Origin: Candidatus Sulfomarinibacteraceae bacterium
GTDB taxonomy: Bacteria > Acidobacteriota > Thermoanaerobaculia > Thermoanaerobaculales > Sulfomarinibacteraceae
Assembly: GCA_963796455.1 (NCBI GenBank)
Contig: CAWCLO010000001.1
Location: 231,372 to 295,371, forward strand
Length of the DNA: 64,000 nt
Direction of reading: 5' to 3'
In this document: positions 63,803-64,000 of the stretch, in pieces
How positions within the stretch are numbered: the stretch's first letter is position 1
Layout: each line of letters opens with the position of its first letter
The notes under the pieces: generated by a model
Database searches by the model: none
What the model was told of the DNA's origin: nothing
What the model saw: the letters and a program-made list of their open reading frames with translations, nothing else
Translations under genes and position numbers: made by a program

Positions 63803-64000
63803 TGAACACCTCCTGAATCGAACCCGATCGCTTCCACTGCAACGTGCCGAGCGGCCGCGAGGATTCCGGGAATGTCATCGTAGCAGCTTATGGACAACCG
63901 ACAGAGCCGCAACGTTGGAACCACCCACCCGTTTTTACGTAGAATCCCACAGGAAAGATTTGGAGCCAACATGACGCCCATTCGGTCTCGACTGTTTCGG

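Noticed and set aside
63971-64000. Possible start of a plus-strand gene (ATGACGCCCATTCGG... after GGAG) at the window edge.
   Set aside because: Only 10 codons are visible, which is too little to support a call.

Overview
GC-rich bacterial chromosomal segment. It is probably Acidobacteriota-like; that is my inference from a VWFA-related secreted protein, a TPR-fused Ser/Thr kinase and standalone four-helix-bundle (4HB) genes, with no search run. About 50 protein genes and one tRNA are supported, and most are housekeeping. In order: tRNA-Pro(GGG); a MerR-like gene broken over three frames; an MglA-family GTPase with a very long disordered tail; der; a DsbA-like oxidoreductase; a light-response island (CarH-type B12 photoreceptor regulator, photolyase, SDR/DUF2867, two SRPBCC paralogs); fasciclin; pepT; a grxD / A-type Fe-S carrier / ygfZ-TPR operon; a paired ArsA/Get3-like ATPase operon; a Ser/Thr kinase; DUF1684; a PhnCDE-like ABC importer plus a type-I binding protein; a VWA protein; a MacB/FtsX-type ABC pair; HAD; xth; a PaaI thioesterase; mutM; an Fe-S protein; TlpA; a 3-hydroxyacyl-CoA dehydrogenase; ackA; pgsA; coaX; two M16 peptidases; a flavin reductase; sucCD; addAB; a hotdog protein; sppA. 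I found no CRISPR array, integrase, transposase, reverse transcriptase or recognisable defence or toxin system. The unusual content is non-coding. Most intergenic spacers carry several dispersed repeat families: (i) short 7-8 nt tandem arrays that abut stop codons, almost always read in the same sense in the upstream gene's 3' region, and pair up as inverted arrays across spacers; (ii) about 115-123 bp cloverleaf-like palindromes (GATGTCATCCTGAGCG...CGCTCAGGATGACATC); (iii) a roughly 700-800 bp element present twice, carrying a 4HB (23S-IVS-protein/Avd-like) gene whose ribosome-binding site is buried in a ~130-nt hairpin, plus one ORF-less copy; (iv) smaller dispersed motifs. Downstream of tRNA-Pro lies a 164-bp tandem repeat that repeats the tRNA 3' end and its terminator. 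Three genes show apparent frameshifts, several at short homopolymers, so assembly indel errors must be excluded before calling pseudogenes. All calls come from reading the sequence and translations by eye.
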